The notes beneath the pieces were generated by a model, which was not told the DNA's origin, searched no databases, and saw only the letters and a list, made by a program, of their open reading frames with translations. A program made the position numbers and the translations under genes. Below, piece by piece: positions 12,765-25,254 of a stretch of 64,000 nt of DNA; positions within the stretch are counted from its first letter, which is position 1; the number at the start of each line of letters is the position of its first letter. Origin of the DNA: Eledone cirrhosa. Taxonomy: Eukaryota. Location of the stretch: positions 126,170,001-126,234,000 of the forward strand of contig OZ024742.1 of the NCBI GenBank assembly GCA_964016885.1. Direction: 5' to 3'.

Positions 12765-12960
12765 AGTCTGTCTCGAGCCTGGAGGCTCGCCAGGCCGGTG
12801 TTTATCCCGGTTTCCGTGACATGAAGCAACTGAGAGTACAATACTTTCCCCTGAACAGGACGCCTGTCCATCCCAGGGTTAAACCTCCAACTGTTTCTGA
12901 TACTCATTTTCAGCTCAATATATTGAGGCAACATGAAAACAACGCACAAGCCAGTCCAGG
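12765..12960 (-). mobile_element. Probable SINE with a conserved central domain (Nin/Deu-SINE-like)
   Basis: GCCGGTGTTTATCCCGGTTTCCGTGACATGAAGCAACTGAGAGTA...CCCCTGAACAGGACGCCTGTCCATCCCAGG resembles invertebrate SINE cores. Recognised from memory only. Confidence 0.45.
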
Positions 12961-13281
12961 AGTCGTCTATCCACTCCTATATATGGGGAAATGTATAAAG
13001 ATGTATAAATATATTAAGAATGTGAAAAATATATGAAAAATTACCATACTCAATTGAATGTAAAATTATGGTAGAAATGTGCGTACTAAAACCTTAGAAA
13101 AAGGCTGTTACATAAAAGTGACGTGGCAATGGATTGAGATGAATAGACGAACAATGAAGATGGATTAAAAAAACCGTTAATAGGTTTTAAATGTTTATAG
13201 ACGATGTGAATGATAAAAACAGAATATTTCTTTATTTGGTGAAAAAATATGATTCAAATACACGATAACAAGTTAAAATTT

Positions 13282-13629
13282 TCTAATATAGTTTGGTATG
13301 GACCCGTAATTCCTGAGGAAGTTGAGGGGCGCCTTATTGACATAGAGGGTTTCTTAGGTATTTCTTAAACTTGGTGGAACCCATCTCCTCTCCAGGTTTG
13401 AACACAGCAGATTTCTTCCAGAGAATAGAGGAGTGAGAGTATGGAAGAGATAAAGAAATATAGAGTAAGAATCTACCCTAACACGTGGCTGGTACTTTTT
13501 TTTCGACCTCGAATGGATGAAAGGCAAAGTTGACCCTGGTGGGATTTAAACTCAGAGAGCAGAGAGCCGAAACGAATACTTCAAAGCATTCTATCCGACT
13601 TTCTAACCACTCTGCCAATTTGCTGCCCT
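13282..13629 (-). mobile_element. SINE family 1, long-tail variant
   Basis: Homologous to 12277-12582. Confidence 0.75.
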
Positions 13630-14434
13630 ATAATTTTGATTAAAGCCATACAAAATTTGAGAAAGGTTTATAAGTACAGTAGTTAGGCCACATTATTAAT
13701 AAACTATATTTCTAGAAACATATATGATCATATTACATCAAATAATATTATCATAGATTGTATTGTTAAATTCTACTATCTCTACATTAAACCAAAATGT
13801 ATAGTTTTTGCCTTCAACTTATTGACAGCTCGCAAGTTACAAGCAGCAGAATCTATCAGATTTTTCTTCGTCTTACAAGTTTTACAGTGGGATTTTTATT
13901 TTAAAGCATTGAACATTACAAAGAAAGCATATGAGGAACCTTATTGCAGGTTTAAAACAGAACACTAATAAACAAATATCACTTGAAAATTGAAAAATCT
14001 CAAGTGAACATTGTTTGCTATAATGGAAGTAAACCTATTCCACATGCCACTACCATGAATGAAACGTAAGGGACTGTCCGTCTCGTGGTCCCGGTCGACA
14101 GGGTGGAGAAGACATTGCCACTAGGGCGGCGAAGGAGACGCGCTAGAACAGTCACTCTACCTCGTGGGGCTCGCACTCGTGGGTAGCCAGCTCTGTTCAG
14201 ATAGCAGTGAGCAGGGATGTGGTCCGGGTGCCAAGAACCCCAAGAAAAATTAACAACCATTTCCTCAATTATATCAGAGACTTTAGAACATTATCAAAGG
14301 AATTTTAAATACTCACCTAATTTGATAGCCAGCCCCCCCCCCCCTCCCCACCTCTTTTTTTTCGTTACTTGATCCTTTTTTTTTCATTCCCTTCTTTTCC
14401 TTTTCATTTTTCTTCCTTTTTTGTTACCTTTAAT

Positions 14435-14781
14435 AATTGTTTCTACTTTTGGCACAAGGCCAGCAATTATCCAAGTGCATTACTGGTGCTTTATTTTATC
14501 GAAAGCTAAGTTAACCCTCGGCGGAATTTGAACTCAGACCGTAAAGGTGTGTAACTCAATGCTGCAAAGCATGGCGTCCGACCCTCTACCGATATAGAGT
14601 TTCTACTTTTGGCACAAGGCCAGCGATTACCCCAGTGCACCACTGGTACTTTATTTTATCGACCTCGTAAGGATGAAAGGCAAAGTTAACCTCGGCGGAT
14701 TTGAACTCAAACGCAAAGGGCCATAACTATGCTGCAAAACATGGTGTCTGACGCTCTACCGATACTGCCAAACCACTGCCC
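14435..14781 (-). mobile_element. Two tandem SINE family 1 copies
   Basis: Copies at 14435-14593 and 14598-14781, both starting TTTCTACTTTTGGCACAAGGCC on the plus strand. Confidence 0.85.
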
Positions 14782-15362
14782 TTTAATAATGTCTTTTGTT
14801 TTTATTAGATATTGCCGGTTTATTTTATATGATGTCAATGGTTTTTCATGACACTGTGAGATTTTATATATTGAATATGTTTGTTTTTATATAAACAGTG
14901 TTAAAGATAAATTAAAACTGTTAGAAAGAATGATTAATGCCTTTTTGTGGTGGTAAGATTCATAAACAACAAGATTGCCCTGACAAGGAATCTATTTGTC
15001 ACATTACATATAAAAAAAAAACGGGTCATTACTCAAAGGTATGCCGATAAGTCATTAAGTACCATTTTTATATCATTTCCAGCTGCTTCAGATTTTACTT
15101 AAAAGATCAATTGTTACAACTAAAATAAATACTAAAAATGTTGGCACTTGGATAGAGGAAGTACACAAGATTTTATTGGTCCCTCTCTTGCCATTAATAA
15201 AGAAATTAGCTATTAATTCTTCTTCTTCTTCTTCTTCTTCTTCTTCTTCTTCTTCGTCGTCATGGGGAATAGTCATGGGGAATAGTGTCTATTAAATCTA
15301 CTTCTAAAATCACTATGGCTTCTACGAGATATTAGTAAGTTTAGTATTTGTGTTGTCACTGC

Positions 15363-15722
15363 TGGTGGTAGATTAGCAATATCGGTAGAGCGTTGGATAA
15401 CATGCTTTGTAGCATATAGTTACGTCCTTTTAAATTCTGAGATCAAATCTCGCCGAGGGTAACTTTGCCTTTCATCTTTAGTGGTCGATAAAATAAAGTA
15501 CCAGTCACGCACTGCAGTCGATTTAATCGACTTTCCCTTCCCTCAAAATTGTTGGCCTTGTGCCTATAGTAGAAACCATTATTACACAGTTATGTCCCTT
15601 TACCGACTGAGTTCAAATCCCGCCGAGGTTAACTTTGCCTTTCATCCGTATGGGATCGATAAAATAAAGTACCAGTAATACACTGGAATAATTGCTGGCC
15701 TTGTGCCTAAAGTAGAAACAAT
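15363..15722 (+). mobile_element. Two tandem SINE family 1 copies
   Basis: GAG(A/T)TCAAATC-CGCCGAGG-TAACTTTGCCTTTCATC...TGGCCTTGTGCCTA-AGTAGAAAC occurs twice. Confidence 0.85.
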
Positions 15723-15739
15723 TATTATCATTCGTTTTC

Positions 15740-15968
15740 TTCATTTTCTTCTTCTTGGGAGAGTCGTAGAGGTAAGGTCCTCAAACACGCCTTCCAGCAG
15801 ATACTGCCTGAAGTAACTGATCCGCCAGGATCTCCAAGCGGGACCAGCTGAGCTCATTGATGTTTAACAACTATGCAGCTCGGGGTCTACCCCTGGGTCC
15901 CCTGCCGGTTGGTTTTGCTCGTAAAATCTGTCCAGCGATTCTTTCATGAGACATTCTAACTACATGCC
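15740..15968 (-). mobile_element. RTE-clade LINE 3' fragment
   Basis: Minus strand translates GHVVRMSHERIAGQILRAKPTGRGPRGRP, the RTE ORF C-terminal signature, and ends in an AAG-repeat tail. Confidence 0.65.
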
Positions 15969-16227
15969 CTTATTATCAAGGATACAACAAATCACCAGGA
16001 ATTGAACTTTCAATCGTAAGCCTATTATCTTAACCACTAAGTCACACGCCTTCACAATTGAGTATTGTATCTATTTGTTAAATGAATCTTTTAGGTTTAA
16101 GAATGTTATTTTTCAAAGATAATAATTATCACTGAATAAAAACATTTTTCGACTTTTTAACCAGTTGTAAAATATCAGAAAATGGAGACATTACTTAATT
16201 GTGGAACCTGTTTATATATATGGGTCT

Positions 16228-16503
16228 ATAACTCCTGATGTAGTCATAAGGGTGCCGCAGTGATATAAAGCGTGTTTTGGCCACTTTAAACTTGGCGGAG
16301 CCTATCCACTCTGAACGCAGCCGATTTTCGTTTATAGGAGAGAAACAGTGGTAGTGAAGAAGAGATATGGAGGAAGAATTAACCCCCAGTACTGAACTGG
16401 TACTACTTTATCGACCTAAAAGGGGTGAAAGGCAATGTTGACCTCGGTGGGTTTTGAACTCAGAGCGCAATATGCGTATTGCATGTCACTACAGCATCCC
16501 TAC
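16228..16503 (-). mobile_element. SINE family 1, long-tail variant
   Basis: Homologous to 12277-12582 and 13282-13629. Confidence 0.7.
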
Positions 16504-16859
16504 GACTCCACTTATATTAAGCCGCGGGTTTTTCGTCCCACATTTGCCAAATTTATACGTTTTACTCAATCACTGGGAAGATTATCTATTGAATTCGTGA
16601 AGTAAAAAAAAATCATATCCAGGATATAAATACATTTTGATTATTGCCGGGGAGTACGGATGATTCATATTGGTGCACCCGTGTTTGAATATCAATGCTG
16701 CTACAGTAATTAGATTACTGTCTGAATGATTTGTGTTACCTTAAACTCCAGTGTGTAGATATAGTTTATGTCAGGGGAAGTTTTAAATTTTTAACGTTGA
16801 AAGAGATAGAAGGCAAAATGGACTGTAAGAGGCAACGAAAAGTAAAAGTAAGTTACCTG

Positions 16860-17340
16860 GTAATCTTTGTTTTGTTTTGTTGTTGTTGTTCTTTTATCTG
16901 TCCAATATTTCGGGACCTAAAAGTCCTTTCATCAGGGTTTAAGGAACTTTCAATAGATAAGGTTCCAATTTCCTCTCTTTGGGATAAAATTTTGATTTTG
17001 ATTTAAATGTTTTCTAAGTCGTTTTCAAGAGTTTTTTTATGGTTATTTCGCTTTCCACGTGAATGACGTCATTGCCAATATAGTATTTCGTGAAATCAAT
17101 TTTCTTTTTTGTGTGAGATGTTTAGTTTGTGTGCCCGTGGATGTGTCTTTTTATGTCAAGTACTGTGTGCTGAGATCTGATCTATTATTTATTTGCAGGT
17201 TAAGTGTACGTATGAGCAAGGCTTCCTTAAATCTTAAGTTGCCCACATTTCTATCACTGGCTTTAACGGTAACGGTAATATGTTGGTTGATGTTTCTACA
17301 TTTGTCAATGTGTTTTTTGTTATCAAAGTTGGGTATATAT
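16860..17340 (-). mobile_element. Penelope-like element 3' fragment (GIY-YIG C-terminus and pLTR)
   Basis: Minus strand translates HIDKC...NLRFKEALLIRTLNLQINNRS, followed downstream by a hammerhead. Confidence 0.7.
16901..16938 (-). ncRNA. Minimal type-I hammerhead, family B
   Basis: acc-CTGATGA-aa-ggac-ttttag-gtcc-c-GAAA-ta-TT-gga. Confidence 0.65.
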
Positions 17341-17414
17341 CGTAGCTACAGTATTCGATATAACCAGAGGGGAATGATCATTGTAAGTAACATAATAATG
17401 GTATGGTATGGTGC

Positions 17415-17525
17415 AGTAACTCCAACGAGGCGTTCGGCCACTCCGATGCGAGTACACTCGTCACCAAGAAGGGTGCCGATTGATGAGGAAGGCACCGAAT
17501 TGAGCCACGCGTTGTCCCATTCTTC
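17415..17525 (-). pseudogene. CRE-like non-LTR retrotransposon fragment
   Basis: AWLNSVPSSSIGTLLGDECTRIGVAERL matches the motif in the 23780-24400 fragment. Confidence 0.5.
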
Positions 17526-18169
17526 TCTCACCCTAGAGCCCTTGCCTTTCCCTTCCTTTTTCGTTTTCATAACTACAAAAGACACTTGCATTATTTATCA
17601 ATCTATAAATATATACAACTAAACCATACAATCATATAAGTATCTGCCGACCATCAGACATGATGTGGCACGAATAGAAAGAAAGAAAGAAAGTTAGATT
17701 TAATAGGGGTTTACAGAATATGCAGTAAATTGCAGAGACCATTTCACTATGCTCTACTAAAATTTGCAAAGATGATGTAGTACAAGACATATAATATACA
17801 AGTTAATATAATGTGAAGAAAAGTTAGTTCTTTTGGTGAATATAATTCTCATAATTTGTCTTGTAGATGTAGAGCTACATCTGGACATAGAGAATAATTA
17901 GTTTGCATGCATTAGTCCCATAAATAAAGAAAATGACAATAGGAATGGCAACAGAAGTTGCTGCATAATGCATTTAAACGCATTTCTTGCCTTGCATGCG
18001 GAGCAAGTCTAACAGGTTTGAATATACGGATATACTAACAATTCGAATTACCTCTGACGAAGCAGTTTAAAATGTAGAGAATATAAAATTCAATCGATAT
18101 AACTAACAAAACACCAAACGTGATGGCAACATTTATTTGACGTTATAGTCATAAAAACATACTTCTAAA

Positions 18170-19442
18170 TCTAATATATATTTGTGAAATGGGCGGTGGG
18201 TGAGATTCAGATGTGCACGGTTAAATGGTAGTAGACGTGGTCGGACGGACACGAAAATTTACACACCTATGTAAAAAGTGCCAAGGAAGCAAATAGACGA
18301 GGTTTCTAATCTCTAACTTGAAAAATGTGGTCCCTAGGACCCCAAAACTATCGCGTTCGGTGAGTTATTTCTCCCCTGTACTTTTGTCTAAAAAAACATA
18401 TGAAAGACAACGTTATTTCGCTGTTAATAAACTTTTGGCTACTACAGTACGTTTCATTTTCATTTTTAAAATACAATTGCTCTATATTAAATTTAAATAA
18501 TTCTATAACGATCATACAGTACTGTTTTATGAAATCGATTCTGCAGTAGAATTTTACGAAATGCCAAAAAGAAAAAGGTAACTGTTTTCTAACAAAAGAA
18601 ATAAAACCCTTACATTGCGAACCCCCTGTTCTAATACTGGGGTTAGTTATTTCCCCCTCTTCTAATAAATATCTAATAAGTAGAGGCCCCTCTTGCTGAC
18701 CAGGGCAATCAAAGTGTAAACTATCATACAGTACCGTTTTATGAAATCAATTCTGCAGTACCATTTTACGAAATGCCAAACCGAAAATAGTCACTGTTTT
18801 CCATCAAAAGAAATAAAACCCTTAAATTGCGAAGAAGGGAGTCATGTTCTCAAGTACGTTTTTTTCAGATATCATTTTCATTTTATTTCTAATACATGTT
18901 AACCACCACTAACAGTAAGTAGTATTTTTCAATTCATTGTCTTATTTAAAATAACATATCAAAGACAACGTTATTTCGCTGTTAATAAACTTTTGGCTAC
19001 TACAAGCTTCCATGGTTACGGGGAAAATCGATGAAACAGGAATTTCCCATTCAAATTGAACTGAGAGTAATCTGTGAACGCAGAAGTAAATATTTCGAGA
19101 AACGTTGCAACCGAACGAAAACAGGAAGACGATATTTTGGTTCGTGAAGACGTTCCCTGGCAATGAACGGGAAAAAAGCGAGGATAATACATCGTTATGT
19201 GGATCGTGAAGAACAATTTCATGCAAAGACAAGACCAAGTTTATGGTATAAATGGGAGTCGTTAGACTAATATTCTATTTAAAATAACAGAATGATTTCC
19301 AGCCCCCTAGTTTAAGAATGATGTAAATAAAATTGAAAACGAAAATGACAGAGGTTATTAAAATAGTAAAAGTAAATAGTGAAGATTTAGGCCAGTACAT
19401 ACGTATGCCCCGACGGACATACACATACATACGCACACACAA

Positions 19443-19529
<87 letters not shown>

Positions 19530-19981
19530 TACACACACACACACGTATGTATAAACACTATGAATTTCTACAGTATTTTCACCAAACTTAAGACATAGGT
19601 TACTTATGTACTCTGGATGGTCATGGGCACTGTCATTTTTCCAGATATTGATTATAGGTCCCCCGGCAGATAACCCCTTTAACCACTTCCTTGGAGTCGA
19701 CTGAAGCACTGCAATGCAATGCAACAAAACGTCATAACTTCTGGAGTTCGCAACCGATTTTCACAAAACATGACACATGGGCTACGTTTGTCCTACAGAT
19801 GAATGTGAACTCTCAGAATTGGCACATATTAGTTAGGGGACCCCTGGGAGGCAGGATCCCCTTTTTGGAAAAAGCGGATTATTTTGTAAAAGTATAGTTT
19901 TCGAAGCAGCACTGAAGTATTGACATAATGGTATACACAACTGCTATTTAATATCCGAGCAACGCCGGGTACCTCTGCTAG
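18170..19981 (+). mobile_element. Non-autonomous Helitron (array member 1)
   Basis: A|TCTAATATATATTTGTG start and CCGAGCAACGCCGGGTACCTCTG-CTAG end. Confidence 0.82.
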
Positions 19982-21364
19982 TCTAATATATATTTGTGAA
20001 ATGGGCGGTGGTTGAAATTCAAATGTGCACAGTTAAATGGTAGTAGACGTGGTTGGACGGACATGAAAATTTACACGAGGTTTCAAATCTCTAACTTGAA
20101 AAATGTGGTCCCTGGGACCCGAAAACTATCGCGTTCGGTGAGTTATTCCCCCCTGTTCTAATACTTTTGTCTTATTTACAATTTCATCATCCTACTACAT
20201 TTAACGATCATACAGTACCGTTTTATGAAATCGATTCTGCAGTACGGTCACTGTTTTCCATCAAAAGAAATAAAACCCTTGGCGATACTTGGTTTTAGTG
20301 TCCTAAATTATCATCATCGACATTCAATTATTAGCTCCACCCACTACACGATACGTCACGAAGGTAAATGTTTCGAAAATATTTTAAACTGTATATCGCA
20401 ACAATATATTGTTTAAAGAAATTGTTTTTCTATTATTAAAAACTGTAAATCTGTTTTTAAAAAAAATGTATTTCGCAGCAACTTTTTTTCTGTTAAAAAC
20501 TGTAGATTCATGTAAAAATGAAGCATAGTGTTTCGGTTAAATACATTTTTTTTAACAGATTTACAGTTTTAAGCAACAGAAAAAAAATTTCTTTAAACAA
20601 TATATTGTTGCGATATACAGTTTAAAATTTTTTCGAAACATTTACCTTCGTGACGTATCGTGTGTTAAAAAAAAAATGTATTTCGCAGCAATTTTTTTTC
20701 TGTTAAAAACTGTAAATAAATATTCATGTAAAAATGAAGCATAGTGTTTCGGTTAAAAACTTAAAAACTGTAAATAATATTCATGTAAAAATGAAGCATA
20801 ATTTTTCTGTGAAAAACTGTAAATAAATATTTATTTTGTTCAAAAAATAAATCAAAAATCTAATTTTCTCTGTTAATATTTTAATAAATATTTATTCTAA
20901 AACTTCAATGTTTTTTCGTGTAAAAATGAAGCATGTAAGAAAATGAACATGTAAAAATCAAGCCGCAGCAGCAGCTGATAACGTGTCGTGGTGGCGTATT
21001 GTGTAGTGGGTGGAGCTAATAATTGAATGTCGATGATGATAATTTAGGACACTAAAACCAAGTATCGCCAAACCCTTAAATTGCGAAGAAGGGATGCCTG
21101 TTTTTATTTTAATTCTAATACATGTTAACCACCACTAACAGTAAGTAGTATTTTTCAAATTGCATATCATCGACATTGCTATTTCGCTGTTAATAAACAA
21201 CGCTTTTCACGTCGCTCCACTTCTCATTGTACGCCGTCCAGCCCCAAGTGCATATTTCTATTTTTTTTCCTGAAGTGCTTCTTTATAATTAACTTTCAAT
21301 AATATTTTTCAAATTATTAACTTAATAAAAAGTGGCCCCGGGTGCAACCGAGCTCAGCTGCTAG
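19982..21364 (+). mobile_element. Non-autonomous Helitron (array member 2), interrupted by a MITE
   Basis: Same 5' end as 18170, placed directly after CTAG. It ends CCCGGGTGCAACCGAGCTCAGCTG-CTAG. Confidence 0.82.
20281..21069. mobile_element. MITE with ~69-bp TIRs and an 8-bp TSD (Merlin-like)
   Basis: TIR GGCGATACTTGGTTTTAGTGTCC... The TSD AAACCCTT is at 20273-20280 and 21070-21077. The empty site AAATAAAACCCTTAAATTGCG is at ~18811 in the sister Helitron. Confidence 0.9.
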
Positions 21365-21367
21365 TTA

Positions 21368-21389
21368 TCTATATATCTAAAACAGAGAA

Positions 21390-21448
<59 letters not shown>

Positions 21449-21731
21449 ATGTATGTATGTATGTATGTATGTATGTCTGACTCCCTAAAACTCGAGAACC
21501 ACCCAACCGATTGTTTTCAAACTTTATACATGTAATACTTATGGTCGTGTGAGTCTTTTGAGCAAAACAAATTTCAAATTTTCAATGCCCTAGGGACTGC
21601 ATTGGGCGATTTAGCGATCTCTCTCTGTCTTTCTTAGTCTGTCTTTTTAGATAGATATATATCTATTACGTCGAGCCCTTATAATATCTGTCTATATGTC
21701 TGCTGTCTGCATTACGACATTATGACACTAT

Positions 21732-21824
<93 letters not shown>

Positions 21825-22684
21825 GTGTGTGTATATATAGTGTGTAACGTTTTTCAAAATATTTACTTCTGCGTTCACAGATTGATTTTTTTAGTTACAG
21901 AAGATCCCGTTAAGAGTGAAAGCAGTGATTCTTTGCTTAAACTTTAATCTGCTATTTTAATATATATATATATAATTATATATTGTACAGATATTTTTGC
22001 ATACACAATAACAAAATATAAACAAACGTATTTATTTCACGAGGCTCGATAAGGATAAATATATATCAAATATATAAGAACCCTAGAGCAAATATTGTTC
22101 TCATTGCTGACGTATTATCTTCGCTATTTTCGGTTCATTGCCAGGGACAGCATTAGGCGAAAAACCGATTTTTTAAAGCATTTTGGTTGCGTTAGGGCCT
22201 GTAACTCGAGAAGTACCCAACCGATTTTTTTTTAACTTTGCATATGCATTACTTATGTTTCACAAATTTTCTTGACTGAAAAAGATTTCAAATTTTTGCC
22301 CGGGGACCGCATTGTTTAGCATTTTGGTTGCGTTAGGGCCTGTAACCTTAAAAGTACCCAACTAAATTCCTTCAACCCACATGCTTACTGCTCTGTAACT
22401 ATTGCTTTCATTGTACTACAGCACAATTTATACATGCTCGGTTTGTCGAATGCCTTTTTACTTAACCCTATCGTCTTGGCTTTCGTGGGTTGAAGATTTT
22501 ACTCTCAGGCACCCAATTAAGTTAAACCCCTGGTAATCTACGACGAATTTTTTTTATAAGCACATAATGTAGACACTATCCCGAGGCCGAGGTATTCCGT
22601 ACTTCTCTGTACTGTTTCAGAAAGGAGGGATAAACATGCCAATCTATGTTTAGAATCCCGAGCAACGCCGGGCCATTCTGCTAG
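21368..22684 (+). mobile_element. Non-autonomous Helitron (array member 3)
   Basis: TCTATATATCTAAAACAGAGAAT(GTCT)n start and CCCGAGCAACGCCGGGCCATTCTG-CTAG end. Confidence 0.88.
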
Positions 22685-23382
22685 TCTATATATCTAAAAC
22701 AGAGAATGTCTGTCTGTCTGCATTACGACATTATGACAGTATCTGTGCGTGTGTGTGTATATATGTATATATATAGTGTGTGTATATATATATATATAGT
22801 GTGTAACGTTTTTCGAAATATTTACTTCTGCTTTCACAGATTGATTTTTTTAGTTTCAGAATATCCCGTTAAGGGTGAAAGCAGCGATTCTTCGCTTAAA
22901 CTTTAATCTGTTATTTTAATATATATATATATATATATATAATTATATATTCGTGTACAGATATTTTTGCATACACAATAACAAAATACAAACAAACGTA
23001 TTTACGGTATTTCAGAGGCTCGATAAGGATAAATATATATCAAATATATAAGAACCCTAGAGCAAATATTGTTCTCATTGCTGACTAGGCAGAAGGGGAT
23101 ATATACGATTGGCTGAAGAAGGACGAGACTGTGTTAGTAGTACAACCAACGGCTGCTATCACACCAACAGCAGCAAAAACAACAAAAAAGAGAGGGAACG
23201 CAATTATATGCTTTTGAAAAATCTTAATGGAAAATTATTTGCCTATTCACCCAAGGCGACTTCACTTTTTATTAGGACTTCTGCGTCAATTGGTGAACAT
23301 ACGACGAAACTGTTTCAGAAAAGAGGGATAAACATGCCAATCTATGTTTAGAATCCCGAGCAACGCCGGGGCATTCTGCTAG
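22685..23382 (+). mobile_element. Non-autonomous Helitron (array member 4; shorter derivative of member 3)
   Basis: Same termini as 21368-22684, joined by a direct CTAG|TC junction. Confidence 0.88.
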
Positions 23383-23779
23383 TGTAATTTAAAAGAGAGT
23401 CTTTTTGATTGAATGGTCAGTTTAAATCTATCTAAATGAGGAGAGAATGAATGTCAAGCAATTTAAAAATTATAAAATTTTTCATTTTTTTTTTACAAGC
23501 TCACAACATTTTTTAATAAAAGAAAATAAATTCAATTTATAACAGAATGATTAAAAATGTTTTACAACAGAATATTTACATTATTCTCAAAATTCGGAGC
23601 TGGAAATCATTTGGTTATCTTAAATAGAATATAACAATAACAATGATAATAATATTGTTTCTACTTTTGGTACAAGGCCAGCAATTGCCCCAGTGCATCT
23701 TCTAATAATGGAAAACATACATATACACGGACACCAAAGGAGCCGAACTCCCACTGTCTATTCCTCCATCTCTCTCTCA

Positions 23780-24400
23780 CTCTCCCCATCTCTCACTAAT
23801 ATGAGCAAATGTCATCCCACGCGCTAACCGCCCCACGGCTCCGGCGAACAGAATAGAGAAGGCGTTTCCCCTGCAGCATCCAAGCCATGCTTTATGACCT
23901 CGTTGAGAGCAGCAAGGCGTGGAAGGCGGCCGGCACTGTAGCGACAGGAAAGCGGGTATAGGCAGAAAGAGTCTACGGTGGATCCGCAGCGACATTTGTG
24001 TGGTTCGCAGATCCGCTAGCTGAGCCTCAAAGAAACCCCGATGAGTAAACTTTCAATGTCCAGCTGCGTGCCAGTAGAGAAGGAGGGCAATGCATGGAGC
24101 CAGGTACTACTGTGGGCTTGCGAAAACATGCAAGGCGGTGGCCGAAAAAAAGAGGCCTCGGACAAGAGGGTCGAGGGTGCCATAGTTAAACCTATTAGTG
24201 AGTGTCACAATTGCGCTCAGAAGGCGGCGCTCGGCGTCAGTGGAAAGGAGGGATAACAACTCTATGAGGTGGCCAGGTCGGAGGCCACCAGTACCTCCTC
24301 TGCTGCTGGCTGGGAAGGACTTGATGGCAGACATGATGTTTGCGTCGGAAGCCTCAAAGAGCAGATGAGGATCAGGTGGAGGTATGAGGTCGGTGGGCGG
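23780..24400 (-). pseudogene. Internally deleted CRE-like non-LTR retrotransposon
   Basis: IMSAIKSFPASSRGGTGGLRPGHL (pre-RT motif), then STWLHALPSFSTGTQLDIESLLIGVSLRL and a terminal RGNAFSIL. Confidence 0.6.
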
Positions 24401-24819
24401 TATTTTTGTTTTCATAAACCACACACACACACGCGCACGCGCGTGCGCTTGCACGCATGTGAATTATTTTACGAAGCAGGTTTTAAAAACATTGCGACAA
24501 TAGATAATTTATATAGTTATGGGCCAAACAATGTATATTAAGAAATAAAGGTGTTTTATTCAAAATTTTCCTCGATGAATCGCTATAAGATTTATTTTAT
24601 TTTGTTTTTTCTTCTTATCTGTGTTTTGTTTTTCCACGGCAACGACTGAAACAGTTTTAGTCCCGTGGACGTCATTTCAATATGAAATAAATATATTTTT
24701 TCTCCACTAATGTAATAAATACCTTATTTAATTGCGGTTCATTTCCTATTTACTTCGGAAAGTCATTCTTAATTATATGTATGTGTCTGTGTGTGTGTAT
24801 ATATATATATATATAACAT

Positions 24820-25000
24820 TTTATACTTTGGGAGGGTCATGTTACCAATAAAAACACACGCACCTGTTGGTTTTCACTTCAATTTATTATAAGTTTCCGG
24901 TTGGCTGGTTGGTTGGATCGATAACCGGAAGGTTGTTTATATATTGTCAAAGCTCTTTCGTCACACATTCTGTGACCTCCTCAGTGACTAGGTTTTTATT
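24820..25000 (-). mobile_element. Solo PLE 3' end (pLTR) of the 41249 family
   Basis: TTATACTTTGGGAGGGTCATGTTACCAATAA... is homologous to 41249-41445 and abuts (TA)n. Confidence 0.8.
24946..24988 (-). ncRNA. Minimal type-I hammerhead, family C
   Basis: gtca-CTGAGGA-g-gtcac-agaatgt-gtgac-GAAA-gagc-TT-tgac. Confidence 0.8.
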
Positions 25001-25010
25001 TTATATATAT

Positions 25011-25088
<78 letters not shown>

Positions 25089-25121
25089 CGTGTGTGTGTG
25101 TGTGTTTATATGTATTTATGT

Positions 25122-25253
25122 GTGTGAAAGTGCGTGGTTAGGGTATCCGACTCACAATCGTAACGTCGTGAGTTCGATTCCCGGTGGCGCGTTGTGTCCT
25201 TGAGCAATAGACCTTATTTCACGTTACTCCAGTCCACTCAGCTGGCAAAAATG
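25122..25253 (+). mobile_element. tRNA-derived SINE (family 2)
   Basis: GTGGTTAGGG..GAGTTCGATTCCC..GTGTCCTTGAGCAA..TTATTTCACGTT. Confidence 0.75.
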
Positions 25254-25254
25254 C

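Noticed and set aside
14018-14260. GC-rich patch with an 80-aa ORF
   Set aside because: It has no recognisable domain or termini. It may be a retroelement UTR fragment, but this cannot be supported.
18050-18095. CTGACGA hammerhead-like start
   Set aside because: No GAAA and no convincing stems follow.
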